Notes under the pieces: generated by a model
Seen by the model: only the letters and a program-made list of their open reading frames with translations
Database searches by the model: none
What the model was told of the DNA's origin: nothing
DNA from: Candidatus Woesearchaeota archaeon
Lineage (GTDB): Archaea > Nanobdellota > Nanobdellia > Woesearchaeales > GW2011-AR4
Direction of reading: 5' to 3'
NCBI GenBank assembly: GCA_016187495.1
Contig: JACPJP010000012.1
Location: forward strand, 17,031 to 81,030
DNA: 64,000 bases
Made by a program: the position numbers and the translations under genes
Shown here: one piece after another, positions 27,646-37,340 of the stretch
How the letters are laid out: each line of letters begins with the position of its first letter
Numbering within the stretch: position 1 is the stretch's first letter

Positions 27646-28539
27646 TCAATCAAATTTTTCTTGTGCGTCTACTATTTCTTTTTTAAATTCGGCGTTAGGA
27701 TAATCAGAAGGGTTTATCTCAAATTCAGAATCTGCTATATCCTCATCAAAATAGAATCCTTCATAAACCCTTTCTATTTTATTTTCAATTTCTATACAAT
27801 TCCCTTGTGAACTTTCACCGCCAATTTCCGCAGAAACCTCACATTGAGTCGAGTAACTTTGAGATTCTTCTTTTAAAATTGCAAAATTATCGGTATCAAA
27901 CCAATAAGTAACAACTGTTTCTCTTGGCGTTTTCCCAATAGCTGTTTGTTTCTGCTTTGCTTCCTCGCTCATCAAAATTGTGACAACCGCTTTTATTGCA
28001 TCTTTTCCATTGTAATTCACTTTGGATGTTTCAACCTTGTATTTTGTCTCGTCAGTTATTTCCATAGGAACTTTCCATTTTTCTGCGCCTTTATTTATGA
28101 AATAACCACAATAAGTTGTCATTTCTGGAGGAAGATCAACATACTCGTATACACTCATTAAATCCGGGGTTATTTGAGAGTATGCTATATATCCATTACA
28201 TATATAGAAATTTTGTGAATTTTGACCATAAGCAAGACCAAAAACCTGCTTTATTTTATCTGGCTTTTTGAACATTTCAGTATATTCTTGTTTTTGATTC
28301 ATTGTTCCGTCTTCGTAACGCAATTCGGTTATAGTATATTTCAAGGTTGAAAAGGAGTTATATCTATCTTCGATTTTTTGATTGATTTCTTTCACAGATT
28401 CTTCTGTTACCGCACATCCGCTTACAAAAATAACCAAAGTTAATGTAAGCCCTATCAAAATTATTGGATTTGACAAGAATTTCGCACCAACCCCCGAACA
28501 AAAACCGTATGTGTTTAGCAGCCTTGAGGTCGAGCCCAT
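27646..28539 (-). CDS. hypothetical lipoprotein-like secreted protein
   Basis: Signal peptide ending 'VIFVSGC' (lipobox-like). The annotated N-terminal 20 codons fall in a palindromic region. An internal TTG start (~28475) giving 'MSNPIILIGL…' is plausible. Confidence 0.5.
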   Translation of the reverse strand: MGSTSRLLNTYGFCSGVGAKFLSNPIILIGLTLTLVIFVSGCAVTEESVKEINQKIEDRYNSFSTLKYTITELRYEDGTMNQKQEYTEMFKKPDKIKQVFGLAYGQNSQNFYICNGYIAYSQITPDLMSVYEYVDLPPEMTTYCGYFINKGAEKWKVPMEITDETKYKVETSKVNYNGKDAIKAVVTILMSEEAKQKQTAIGKTPRETVVTYWFDTDNFAILKEESQSYSTQCEVSAEIGGESSQGNCIEIENKIERVYEGFYFDEDIADSEFEINPSDYPNAEFKKEIVDAQEKFD

Positions 28540-28637
28540 TTGCTAAACACATTGAAGGAGGTCAGAGGGTTGGCTCCTACGGAGCATGACCGATACTTTT
28601 AGTAAACATGTACTGGGCTCGAAGCTGCTAAACACAT
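28509..28637. promoter_or_regulatory. 129-bp imperfect palindrome with three copies of GCTAAACACAT in a divergent intergenic region
   Basis: Left arm atgtgtttagcagccttgaggtcgagccc (28509-28537) is the reverse complement of the right arm gggctcgaa--gctgctaaacacat (28615-28637) apart from a short indel. A third copy of 'gctaaacacat' lies at 28542-28552. Confidence 0.4.
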
Positions 28638-28685
28638 ACATTTTTAGTAATGCTTTTTAAATAATGGCATTTTTCCTAAGGTGGG

Positions 28686-30563
28686 ATGAAGGTTAAAGAC
28701 AATATAAAACTTGCAGCATTTGCCGGATTATCGGTAGGAATATTACATGGCCTAGTTGATATTACAGCCAGGCTTTCTGTCTGGAGCTTTGAATGGTTTG
28801 AGTTTTATCAGGCATTGCTACTGTCAATAACTGCTTTTACAGTTGGCTTTGTCATATTGGGAATTATAACTCAAATTGCTGTTAAATTATTGAAGCTGAA
28901 GTTCAACAAAGGAGCATACCTATCTTTTTACTTCAGCATAGCTATTATTGTCTTAGCACTATTTTATGTTGGCGTTATTGTTAATCGCATCCTACTTGTA
29001 GAGTATAGTATATTGAGCCCAATTAAACTTGCAGTCAACATACTTATTATAACCATTATGGGATTGATATTTACTCTTTCTTTAACTAAGGGGAGGAGTT
29101 TAGTTAATAACTTTATTTCCTTTTTCGGAAGGAAAAAAATTAGAACAGTAGTAAATGAACTGGTGTTCGGCGTGATTATTTTTATCGCCGTTTCATTATT
29201 CCTGGACATCTATTTGTTGAATTACATGCCTATAGGAAAAGATAACAATCAGTTGATGGAGCAGCCCAACATCGTGCTGGTCTCGCTAGATGCAGTAAGG
29301 GCAGACCATCTAAATATCTATGGCTACGAAGCAAATACCTCTCCAAACATAGACGCACTTGCGCAAAATTCCATAGTTTTTGAGAATGCAATAACTGTGA
29401 ATGTATGGTCCCTTTTATCCCATGCATCAATGTTAACGGGGAAATACGTATCTAATATTGATCCAGAGCATACGAACCAGGGCATAAATCCTGGGGAAAA
29501 TTCGCTTTCTGAAATATTAAGGAATAATGGCTATAATACTGCGGCCTTCGTATCCATTGGATGGATCAAGGCAAAATACGGATTTGGCCAGGGCTTTGAT
29601 ATATATAATGACAGAATGGATTTCTTTGAATATGTGCAGACATTTGACAGGTTTAGCATCAGAGAAGTAATCTTTGCCTTTTTCCCCCCGTATAAAAAGT
29701 TTTTTGATACTGATAAGGAAAGGACTGCAGAATCCACCAACAAATTAGCGTTTAAGTGGCTCGAAAAAAATAAGGACAAGCGTTTTTTTATGTTTTTGCA
29801 TTATGCTGATGCCCATTCGCTTTATGCTCCTATTGAAAAATTCAGAAAATTATTCACAAATGACTCACGCACTCATGAGGAGCTACAAGGCGAGATGGAG
29901 GGGGCAATCAAAAAAGTTGGGTACGGCCAAGTTGATAGAAATTTAGTTGATTCCGTGATAAAACTTTATGATGCTGAGATTTATAACGCTGATTTTGAAT
30001 TAAATAGGTTTATTAACAAGCTGGAAGAATTGGGTATTCAGGATAATACTATTGTTATTATTGTTGCAGATCATGGCGAAGAGTTTTATGAGCATGGATT
30101 ATTTAAGAAGCATGGAAGCACCTTGTATCAGGCAGCTGTGAATGTACCCTTAATAATCTATTACCCCAAGGAATTCGAGCCGAAGAGAGTTTCTGAGACT
30201 GTTGGGACTATTGATATTGTCCCTACAATTTTAGACATCTTAAATATTGATATTCCAGAGGACTTGGATGGTGTTAGCTTGCTGCCCTTAATTACCAATG
30301 AGGGGCAGTATAAAAGAGAATTCATTAAATCAGAGATCTTTGAAGCGCCAGGCACAGCATCAAAGGAACAAACAGCAGTTTATTATGGGACTTGGAAGCT
30401 GATAGAAGTCGAGGAAGAGTCAGAGGCATTGCCTTCCGGATTATATAACCTAAGGACAGACCCAAATGAGCAGAAAAATATGTATGATGTTTTTCCAAAT
30501 AAGAGGAAGGAATTGCAAAAATTTTTATATGAAAATCAGAATGGTCGGGAGGATATAAAATAA
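28686..30563 (+). CDS. membrane-anchored sulfatase/alkaline-phosphatase-superfamily protein (LtaS/EptA-like phosphotransferase candidate)
   Basis: Five N-terminal TM helices, then a sulfatase-fold domain (IVLVSLDAVRADHL…, …IVADHGEEF). The canonical C/S-x-P-x-R formylglycine motif is absent (sequence SLLSHASMLTG). Confidence 0.7.
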   Translation: MKVKDNIKLAAFAGLSVGILHGLVDITARLSVWSFEWFEFYQALLLSITAFTVGFVILGIITQIAVKLLKLKFNKGAYLSFYFSIAIIVLALFYVGVIVNRILLVEYSILSPIKLAVNILIITIMGLIFTLSLTKGRSLVNNFISFFGRKKIRTVVNELVFGVIIFIAVSLFLDIYLLNYMPIGKDNNQLMEQPNIVLVSLDAVRADHLNIYGYEANTSPNIDALAQNSIVFENAITVNVWSLLSHASMLTGKYVSNIDPEHTNQGINPGENSLSEILRNNGYNTAAFVSIGWIKAKYGFGQGFDIYNDRMDFFEYVQTFDRFSIREVIFAFFPPYKKFFDTDKERTAESTNKLAFKWLEKNKDKRFFMFLHYADAHSLYAPIEKFRKLFTNDSRTHEELQGEMEGAIKKVGYGQVDRNLVDSVIKLYDAEIYNADFELNRFINKLEELGIQDNTIVIIVADHGEEFYEHGLFKKHGSTLYQAAVNVPLIIYYPKEFEPKRVSETVGTIDIVPTILDILNIDIPEDLDGVSLLPLITNEGQYKREFIKSEIFEAPGTASKEQTAVYYGTWKLIEVEEESEALPSGLYNLRTDPNEQKNMYDVFPNKRKELQKFLYENQNGREDIK

Positions 30564-30584
30564 TTATAAACTCCCTTTTTATAC

Positions 30585-31529
30585 TTATTTAATGTTGCTT
30601 ATTATATAAAAATCATCTGGAACGTTTCCATCTATATCTTTGAAGTAGCAATAAGCTTTGTTTTTGGTTTTATTTATGTCGAATATACAAAACAACGCGC
30701 CATAATTTACATCCTGCTCAGAGGTATAAACAGCCGCCCACCATGGTTTGGAAGCAATCTCATCAACTTGGTTGCGTATGCTTTTGCCCCCTAGGCCGGA
30801 TACAAATGCAAAGGTCTTGCCTTTTTCAATTTCCAAAGTATTTGAGGTAGAAGCAACAATTTGCTCCTCAAAATTTTCCATTAAATACGTTCTTGAGTAG
30901 GAATGCTCATGGCCTGTGGCTATTATTGCACCCCCTTTTCTGCATTCCTCATAAACATTCCATCCGGTCCCGTCAAGCTTACCTCCAACCTGCATTAATC
31001 TCTGGTTTTTATGCCAAGAGCATATTCTCCAACTAGAGTTATCTTTGGCAAGTTGCCTTTTGATGTAGAGGCTATGAAGAAACTGGGAAGGCAATACATT
31101 GAACCAATACCTCAATCTCCATGGAATAACCTCTGAAAGATTTTTTGGATACCCATATCTTTTAGTGCCAACACCGGATAAAATAAAAAACAAGCCCTTG
31201 TAAGTGCATGCAGAACTTACGCCCAAATCATCAAAGCATTCTGCGCCTTCTATTTTATCTAGCCTGTCCAATAATTTTTTTTGATATTGAGGCCAAGCAG
31301 CGAAATCATGATTCCCTATTGAGGCAAAATATGGAAAATTCGGGCCTAGAATCTCGTTAATCTGCTGATTCCATTTTTCCGGGTTATCTTCATAATCAAA
31401 ATCGCCTTGATGCATGACCATATCCACATTTTCATCTTTAATCAAATTAAGAACGGCTCTAGCATCGTTTCCTAATCCTTGGTCCCCTATGAAAGCAACT
31501 TTGAAGTTTGGCGATTTTTTTATTTCTCA
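30585..31529 (-). CDS. calcineurin-like metallophosphoesterase; N-terminus restored only by assuming a +1 frameshift in an A8 run
   Basis: Motifs GDFDY and GNHDF are in the ORF 30585-31445 (TTG start). Motif I (KVAFIGDQGLG) is encoded in-frame just upstream but is separated from the only ATG (31527-31529, MRNKK…) by a frame change at the homopolymer at 31513-31520. Confidence 0.7.
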
Positions 31530-31546
31530 TTTCATCCTGATATTCT

Positions 31547-33034
31547 TCATCTCGATATTCTATTGTATATTATTTTTAACTCATCAATATCAACCACTTT
31601 CAATAGAAATAATAAGGCGAGATATGCAAGACCAGCTATGGCTAATACAAGGACGGCCTCGATCCAGGCATTTAACGCCAAAACCCACTTTAAGAATAAT
31701 ATTACAAAGACGAAAATTACCCCAGCTATTGATGTCTTTACCCATATTTTTACTGGAAATTTTATTTTAATATATTTTCTTATTTTAGCCACTCCAATGG
31801 CCATCATAATGAAATAGCTTACTGTCGTGGATATTGCAGCGCCCATGATGCCCCATACCGGTATCATAATAAAGTTAGCCACTAAATTGAATAATGCTGC
31901 TGAGTACACTATTAGGCTATTTACTTCAGGCTTTCCTATGCCCAAAAAGAAATCAATATTTACCGCATAGAGGACTGCAAATATCATGCCTATGCTCAAT
32001 ACCTTTAAGGCATTACTTGCAAGCACATACTCCTCTCCAAAAAGAATGTTTATAATCAAGTCTGAAAATGACAGAATCATGAAAACAAGAGGTATTATGA
32101 TAATTATTGTATACTTATAGAGAGACTCTATGCCTTCCCTGATTAATGCCTTTTCCTTCTTTGCCCAGAGTTCAGAGATCAATGGAAGCAGTATGCCTGT
32201 AATAGACCTTGGAAAATACATGAGGACTTTTGCTGTGGGCAGCGCCACATTATACAAAGCAACAGACGTTAGTCCGGAAAAATAAGTAAGGAGTATGGTG
32301 TCCGTGTATCCCAATATGACCATGCCTACTCCTCCTGACATTGCAAAAATGCTGTATCTTGAAATTTCCTTCATCAGTTTTCCTTCATAAACAAATTTTG
32401 ACTTCAGAAAACTCGGAAAAATTTTTTTTATTAATATGAACCCAAAAACTAATATTATAATTATCGTTGATATGACATACGCTATAACAGGGCCTAATAT
32501 GCCATAATTCATGCCTACCCCTACAAGTGTTATTGCTATTACAAGCAGCATCTTCACAGCATCAATGCCTGCAAAATATGCCATTTTTTTAAAGCCCTGG
32601 AACGCGAATTTCAGCACCAAAGCAAAGCTGTCCAAGAAAAAAGCTATTGCCATCAGCTTAAGGACAATGCCTGCCTGCGGGCTGCGGAAAAAATTTTGGC
32701 TTAAATAAGCAGAAAATAGATATATGCCAATTATTACTATTGTGTTTGTTAGCAGCTGTATGGCAGATACGTAAATAATCGAGCTTTTTATCTGGTCATA
32801 ATTTTTTTTATGCACAAATTCTGGAATAAACTTTGCCAGAGCCCTGTCAAACCCTAAGCTTTTGAAGACGCCAAACATACCAAGGAATGCGAAAACAGAA
32901 TAAAACAGCCCAAACTCTTCTAAAGTGAGGTTTCTGGCCAGAATGAATCTTGCAACATAGCCTAAAAATGCAGCCAGTATTGATATTATAAATACTGTTG
33001 CCGCCCCCTTGACTGCTAATTTTGTGTAGCTCAT
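31547..33034 (-). CDS. MOP-superfamily polysaccharide flippase (Wzx-like)
   Basis: 495 aa, ~14 TM helices, typical 'polysaccharide biosynthesis protein' topology. Confidence 0.78.
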   Translation of the reverse strand: MSYTKLAVKGAATVFIISILAAFLGYVARFILARNLTLEEFGLFYSVFAFLGMFGVFKSLGFDRALAKFIPEFVHKKNYDQIKSSIIYVSAIQLLTNTIVIIGIYLFSAYLSQNFFRSPQAGIVLKLMAIAFFLDSFALVLKFAFQGFKKMAYFAGIDAVKMLLVIAITLVGVGMNYGILGPVIAYVISTIIIILVFGFILIKKIFPSFLKSKFVYEGKLMKEISRYSIFAMSGGVGMVILGYTDTILLTYFSGLTSVALYNVALPTAKVLMYFPRSITGILLPLISELWAKKEKALIREGIESLYKYTIIIIIPLVFMILSFSDLIINILFGEEYVLASNALKVLSIGMIFAVLYAVNIDFFLGIGKPEVNSLIVYSAALFNLVANFIMIPVWGIMGAAISTTVSYFIMMAIGVAKIRKYIKIKFPVKIWVKTSIAGVIFVFVILFLKWVLALNAWIEAVLVLAIAGLAYLALLFLLKVVDIDELKIIYNRISR

Positions 33035-33046
33035 TTTAACGGGAAT

Positions 33047-34513
33047 TTACGGGATTTGGTATATTACAATTTTGTCTTTTTCTGAACTTCCAAGCTCTTT
33101 TATTACTTCCCATTCTTTGGGTATACTCTTAATTTCATCGGGAAATTTTATATTTTTATTCGCTTCTTTCAGGTTCCTTATCATGTGTCGGTTTACCATA
33201 ACATATGAATCTTCAATTGCATCAAAATTTTCCGGGAATTCTTTCAGGCCCAGCAAATTTTTGAATCCTGAAATATAATTTAAGGCTTGTATCGACCTCG
33301 AGTCCGTATAAACCGTTTTGTTTAGGCTTTCCAATTCAGGATATGCCTGCCTTAAATTTGCCAATAGATTCCTGTCTTCCCTTAAATAAACAGTAACGAT
33401 GGATATTGACAGTAGCAATATCACAAGTATCGGGGCTAATCTTTTTACCATTGGCTTTTTCTCAGAAAGCAAAAATGACAACAGTAGTATTGCAGGCGTG
33501 GTTATGATTGAAGTGTACCGGTCCTTTGCGATGAATGGAATATAGTGAGCAAGGCTTGTTGAGCCGAAGCTTATATACGATAAAAGGGGTATTATCCACA
33601 TGATAGTTATGTATGCATCCCTTTTCTTTTTTATAATAGCATAAATTAGGGCTATGAAAATTGGGATGTAAAAATAAACAAGCAGGCTATTTGTCAAAAA
33701 CAGCCATGGGTAATGGAATAATCCTGTCGGAAAATCCAGCCTTCCGAAATAGTTATATTTGGCAACTGCATCTGCAAGGTATTGCTGGGAAGCGTGGAAC
33801 CTGAATAATTGGTTGCCAGTCAGGTTCAGAAATATTAAAGATTCCGTAATGATGACAGCCAAGACGCCTAATGGAACCAGAAGATGCGCTTTTCTTATTT
33901 TTCCTTTATAGAAAACAAGATATACAATAAAAAACAATGCTATCAAAAGTGCGGTTTCTCTTATCAAGTAGCCAATGCCTATAGAGATTCCTGCAAGAAA
34001 ATAGCCAATGCCGTATCTTATCTTCTTTATTTCGGAGTAGAGGAAAGCATAGACTCCTAAAGCCATGAAAAACGCTGAAGGAATGTCGGAATTCAGTTTT
34101 GTGGCATAAACAACATCCAGCGGGAAAAATGACAATAGGAAAGCTGCCATCAATCCTGTTTTTTCATTAAACAATAATTTCCCGAAATAGAATATTAGCA
34201 CAATATTTCCAATGGATGCCATTAAGACAAATAAAACCGAAGAAAAGTTATTTATTCCGAATAATTTGTAGGAAAATATTATAGGGTATATTAAGCCAAG
34301 CCTTGTTGATAAGGTTAAAGTGCTGTTTGGATCAATCCCTCTTCCTTCCAGAATGCTATATGCCGCTTTGCTATAAGCCAAGTCATCGGAGATTCCCATG
34401 CCTGAGAAAAATATTAAGCGCAAAATTAACCCAAAAATTACTATAAAGAAGAGCATAAGCTTGGCATTTTCCAATAATTTGCCTATTTTTTCATTTAACC
34501 CCATTTTCATCAA
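33047..34513 (-). CDS. GT-C family membrane glycosyltransferase (ArnT/PMT-like)
   Basis: 488 aa, polytopic; N-terminal acidic loop 'GISDDLAY' like the GT-C DxD/ExD motif. Confidence 0.55.
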   Translation of the reverse strand: MMKMGLNEKIGKLLENAKLMLFFIVIFGLILRLIFFSGMGISDDLAYSKAAYSILEGRGIDPNSTLTLSTRLGLIYPIIFSYKLFGINNFSSVLFVLMASIGNIVLIFYFGKLLFNEKTGLMAAFLLSFFPLDVVYATKLNSDIPSAFFMALGVYAFLYSEIKKIRYGIGYFLAGISIGIGYLIRETALLIALFFIVYLVFYKGKIRKAHLLVPLGVLAVIITESLIFLNLTGNQLFRFHASQQYLADAVAKYNYFGRLDFPTGLFHYPWLFLTNSLLVYFYIPIFIALIYAIIKKKRDAYITIMWIIPLLSYISFGSTSLAHYIPFIAKDRYTSIITTPAILLLSFLLSEKKPMVKRLAPILVILLLSISIVTVYLREDRNLLANLRQAYPELESLNKTVYTDSRSIQALNYISGFKNLLGLKEFPENFDAIEDSYVMVNRHMIRNLKEANKNIKFPDEIKSIPKEWEVIKELGSSEKDKIVIYQIP

Positions 34514-35484
34514 ACTCTAAATAGGTATTTTTCACTAAACAATTTAAATAATGCTTTATCTTCAACTTTTCTTATTTTTTGGACTGCCTTCCTTTTTTTA
34601 ATTATTAAATTAAAATTAAAAATTACCCATAATATTGAATATATTCTTGCAAATGCTTCCATAAACTTTAAAGTTAATGTATCCCTTACTATGGCAATAA
34701 ACCGCATTAATAAAGCATACGGAAGCAGTAAAACTATATCCTTTATTTCCAATGTTGTAAAAAATGTCCTTAACAGGTTCCTTTCCATCAAGAATGTAAG
34801 GTAATAAGGCTTGTGTATGCTTCTTGACGCTGATCCTAAATGGTACGCAATTGAGTCTGGAATGTAAAACACCTTATAGCCCAGCATCCTGAGCCTAAGC
34901 CCAAGATCAACATCCTCCCCATAGAAAAAATAGTCGTTGTCAAACAAATAGCCAAATTTGTCTATGACGTTTTTCCTTATAAGCCCTGTTCCAATATATG
35001 GAATCTCTATGTTCTTATTGCCTAATGCATCATCCTTGAAAGTTCCGGAATAAAAGGATCTTGAGAGCCATGTGCCGCCCAAATCTGCCTTATTTCTTTT
35101 GTAAAAATTTATATATTTGGGAGTAGCTTGCGCTACTTCTAAATTTGTGTCGAGAAAATCTACAAGCTTGTCGAGCATGTCTTTTTTTAATTCAACATCA
35201 CCGCCAGTAAAGAATATATATTCTGCTTTTGACTGCTTTATTGCGTGGTCATAGGCCGCAGTTCCAACATTCTTTTTTAGCTTAATTACTTTGATATTTT
35301 TGAATTTTTTCTTAACTTTTTCAGGGCTTCCATCTGTGGAGCCATTATCCACCAGAAATATGTCAAATTTATATTTTGTTTTTAGGCTTTTTATAGATCC
35401 AACTGTTTTAACAACAATATCGCCCCCATTAAGGGAAATAATGACAAAGGACACTTTAATTGTCATTTTTAAGTTCCTTTCCAA
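34510..35484 (-). CDS. family-2 glycosyltransferase
   Basis: GT-A N-terminus (SFVIISLNGG…DNGSTDGS), DxD-like 'GED'. Confidence 0.8.
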   Translation of the reverse strand: MERNLKMTIKVSFVIISLNGGDIVVKTVGSIKSLKTKYKFDIFLVDNGSTDGSPEKVKKKFKNIKVIKLKKNVGTAAYDHAIKQSKAEYIFFTGGDVELKKDMLDKLVDFLDTNLEVAQATPKYINFYKRNKADLGGTWLSRSFYSGTFKDDALGNKNIEIPYIGTGLIRKNVIDKFGYLFDNDYFFYGEDVDLGLRLRMLGYKVFYIPDSIAYHLGSASRSIHKPYYLTFLMERNLLRTFFTTLEIKDIVLLLPYALLMRFIAIVRDTLTLKFMEAFARIYSILWVIFNFNLIIKKRKAVQKIRKVEDKALFKLFSEKYLFRV

Positions 35485-36376
35485 ATTCCTTTATGCCCTG
35501 CTCAAAAGAATAATCTGGCTTAAAGCCAAAAATTTTATTGAAATCCGGGTCGTATGTAAACGTTATGTATTTCTGCTCCTTAAGCTTAGGCAGGTGCCTT
35601 ATTTTTACTTTTTTCCCAAACACCTTAGATACCCTTTCCACTGCTTCTTTTATGGTCATGTTTTCGAGCGCCAGATTGCATACAATATTGGATTTTTTTG
35701 ATTTTAAGCATGCAATCAGGGCTTTTATTGTATCTTTTATATACATCACATTAATGAGGTTGGTCCCATCGCCATATATTTCAATTTCTTTCTTGTGGTA
35801 CATGCAGACATCCTTTACCAGCTTTGTCATGAACTTGTTTTTAGAATATTTCCCAAAAGCGCCCCCGAACCTCAGGATTGCATAATCATCCACTCTGCCT
35901 ATTGAACGGTAGAACTTGACATACTGCTCTGCCATGAGCTTTGAAATGCAGTATGGAACAATAGGATGGAGCTTTGCATTTGCATCAACCTTCCCTTTCA
36001 ACCCATCATAAACGCCTGCAGTAGACATATACACAAGCCTTTTTATTTTACAGTTTTGCAGGGTGTTGAGTAAAGAGCCTATAGTAATTTCTATATCTTT
36101 CATAGGGTCTTTTTTTGATAATGGCACGTTAACATTTCCAGCCAGGAAAATGCAATACTCAAAATTATTTCCAATATTTTTGAATAATTCTTTTGCTTCA
36201 TTTCCATTAGTCAGATCACATTTATACAACTTTACATTTTCCAGCTTTTTCTCTTTGGCAAAATTTATTATATCCTTGGAGTTATTATAACTGCCAATTA
36301 TTTCAACGTCTTTTGGCGCGAGTTCAAGAAAATTTTTTCCAATAAATCCGGAAGCACCTGTAAGCAAAAGTTTCAT
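35456..36376 (-). CDS. NAD-dependent epimerase/dehydratase family protein
   Basis: 'LLTGASGFIGKNF' Rossmann motif; ~306-aa SDR-extended fold. Confidence 0.8.
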   Translation of the reverse strand: MKLLLTGASGFIGKNFLELAPKDVEIIGSYNNSKDIINFAKEKKLENVKLYKCDLTNGNEAKELFKNIGNNFEYCIFLAGNVNVPLSKKDPMKDIEITIGSLLNTLQNCKIKRLVYMSTAGVYDGLKGKVDANAKLHPIVPYCISKLMAEQYVKFYRSIGRVDDYAILRFGGAFGKYSKNKFMTKLVKDVCMYHKKEIEIYGDGTNLINVMYIKDTIKALIACLKSKKSNIVCNLALENMTIKEAVERVSKVFGKKVKIRHLPKLKEQKYITFTYDPDFNKIFGFKPDYSFEQGIKEFGKELKNDN

Positions 36377-36389
36377 TTTGATGATTATT

Positions 36390-37340
36390 CTAATGAGTCT
36401 TATACCAGTCTATAGTTTTTCCTATTCCCAGTTCCAGGGAAACTTTAGGGCTAAAGCCAAGAATTCTTTTTGCCTTTTCTATGCTTGGAACCCTTATGTT
36501 GACTTCAGGATACTTTAACTCCTTGAATTCTATTTTTGACTTTGAATTTGATATCCTTTTTACAGTTTCAGCAGTCTGCAGGGTAGTGGACGTCGCTTCA
36601 GGATTGCCTATATTAAAGACTTCGCCTTCTGACTTATCAGTTTCGAGTATTTTTTCAACAGCGTCAACAGCATCATCAACATAGCACCAAGACCTTATCT
36701 GGCTTCCAGGTTCGTGTATTATAATGGGCTCGTTTTTCAATGCCCTGACAATAAAGTTATGTATTGCGCCTTCTCCTATCTGCCTGGGTCCATAGACATT
36801 AAACGGCCTTACAGAAGTAAAATTGATGCCATATTCCCTTGAATAGCTGTCAGCAAGAAACTCAGAAGCAAGCTTTGACATCGCATATACCCATCTTGGC
36901 TTTCCTATCGGACCTAAAGTGGTCATGCCCGCTTCGTCTGCTTGGTAGACATTTGGACCATAGACTTCACTTGTTGAGAATACAATAAACCTTTTGATAT
37001 CTTTTTTCCTGCATGCTTCCAATGCATTGTAGCTCCCAAATAAGTTTATCTTTAATGTCGTAGAGGGCTTGCTTACAACAGTGGAAACCCCAGCTATCGC
37101 AGCCATATGGATGAAAACGTCTATCTCATCTATGCCTTTTTCCAGCGCATCAATATCAAGCACATCCCCCTTAATTAATTTAAGGTTTTTATTGTCCTTG
37201 TTTTTGCTGTATTCAAGGGCATTCCTGCTTAATGTATCAAATACTATAACCTCATTCTTGTCTATTATCTTGTCTATAAGATGGCTTCCTATAAAACCGG
37301 CTCCTCCGGTTATGAAAATTTTCTTTCCTTTAAGGGTCAT
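36390..37340 (-). CDS. NAD-dependent nucleotide-sugar epimerase/dehydratase (UDP-glucuronate decarboxylase/UXS-like)
   Basis: 'IFITGGAGFIGSHL', catalytic YxxxK (YAMSKLASE); sits immediately downstream of a UDP-sugar 6-dehydrogenase. Confidence 0.78.
   Translation of the reverse strand: MTLKGKKIFITGGAGFIGSHLIDKIIDKNEVIVFDTLSRNALEYSKNKDNKNLKLIKGDVLDIDALEKGIDEIDVFIHMAAIAGVSTVVSKPSTTLKINLFGSYNALEACRKKDIKRFIVFSTSEVYGPNVYQADEAGMTTLGPIGKPRWVYAMSKLASEFLADSYSREYGINFTSVRPFNVYGPRQIGEGAIHNFIVRALKNEPIIIHEPGSQIRSWCYVDDAVDAVEKILETDKSEGEVFNIGNPEATSTTLQTAETVKRISNSKSKIEFKELKYPEVNIRVPSIEKAKRILGFSPKVSLELGIGKTIDWYKTH

Noticed and set aside
28554-28660. Strong Shine-Dalgarno-like 'aaggaggt' followed by a 25-codon ORF (MTDTFSKHVLGSKLLNTYIFSNAF)
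   Set aside because: Spacing between SD and ATG is ~24 nt, too long for coupling, and the ORF lies inside the palindromic arms; more likely regulatory DNA than a micropeptide gene.
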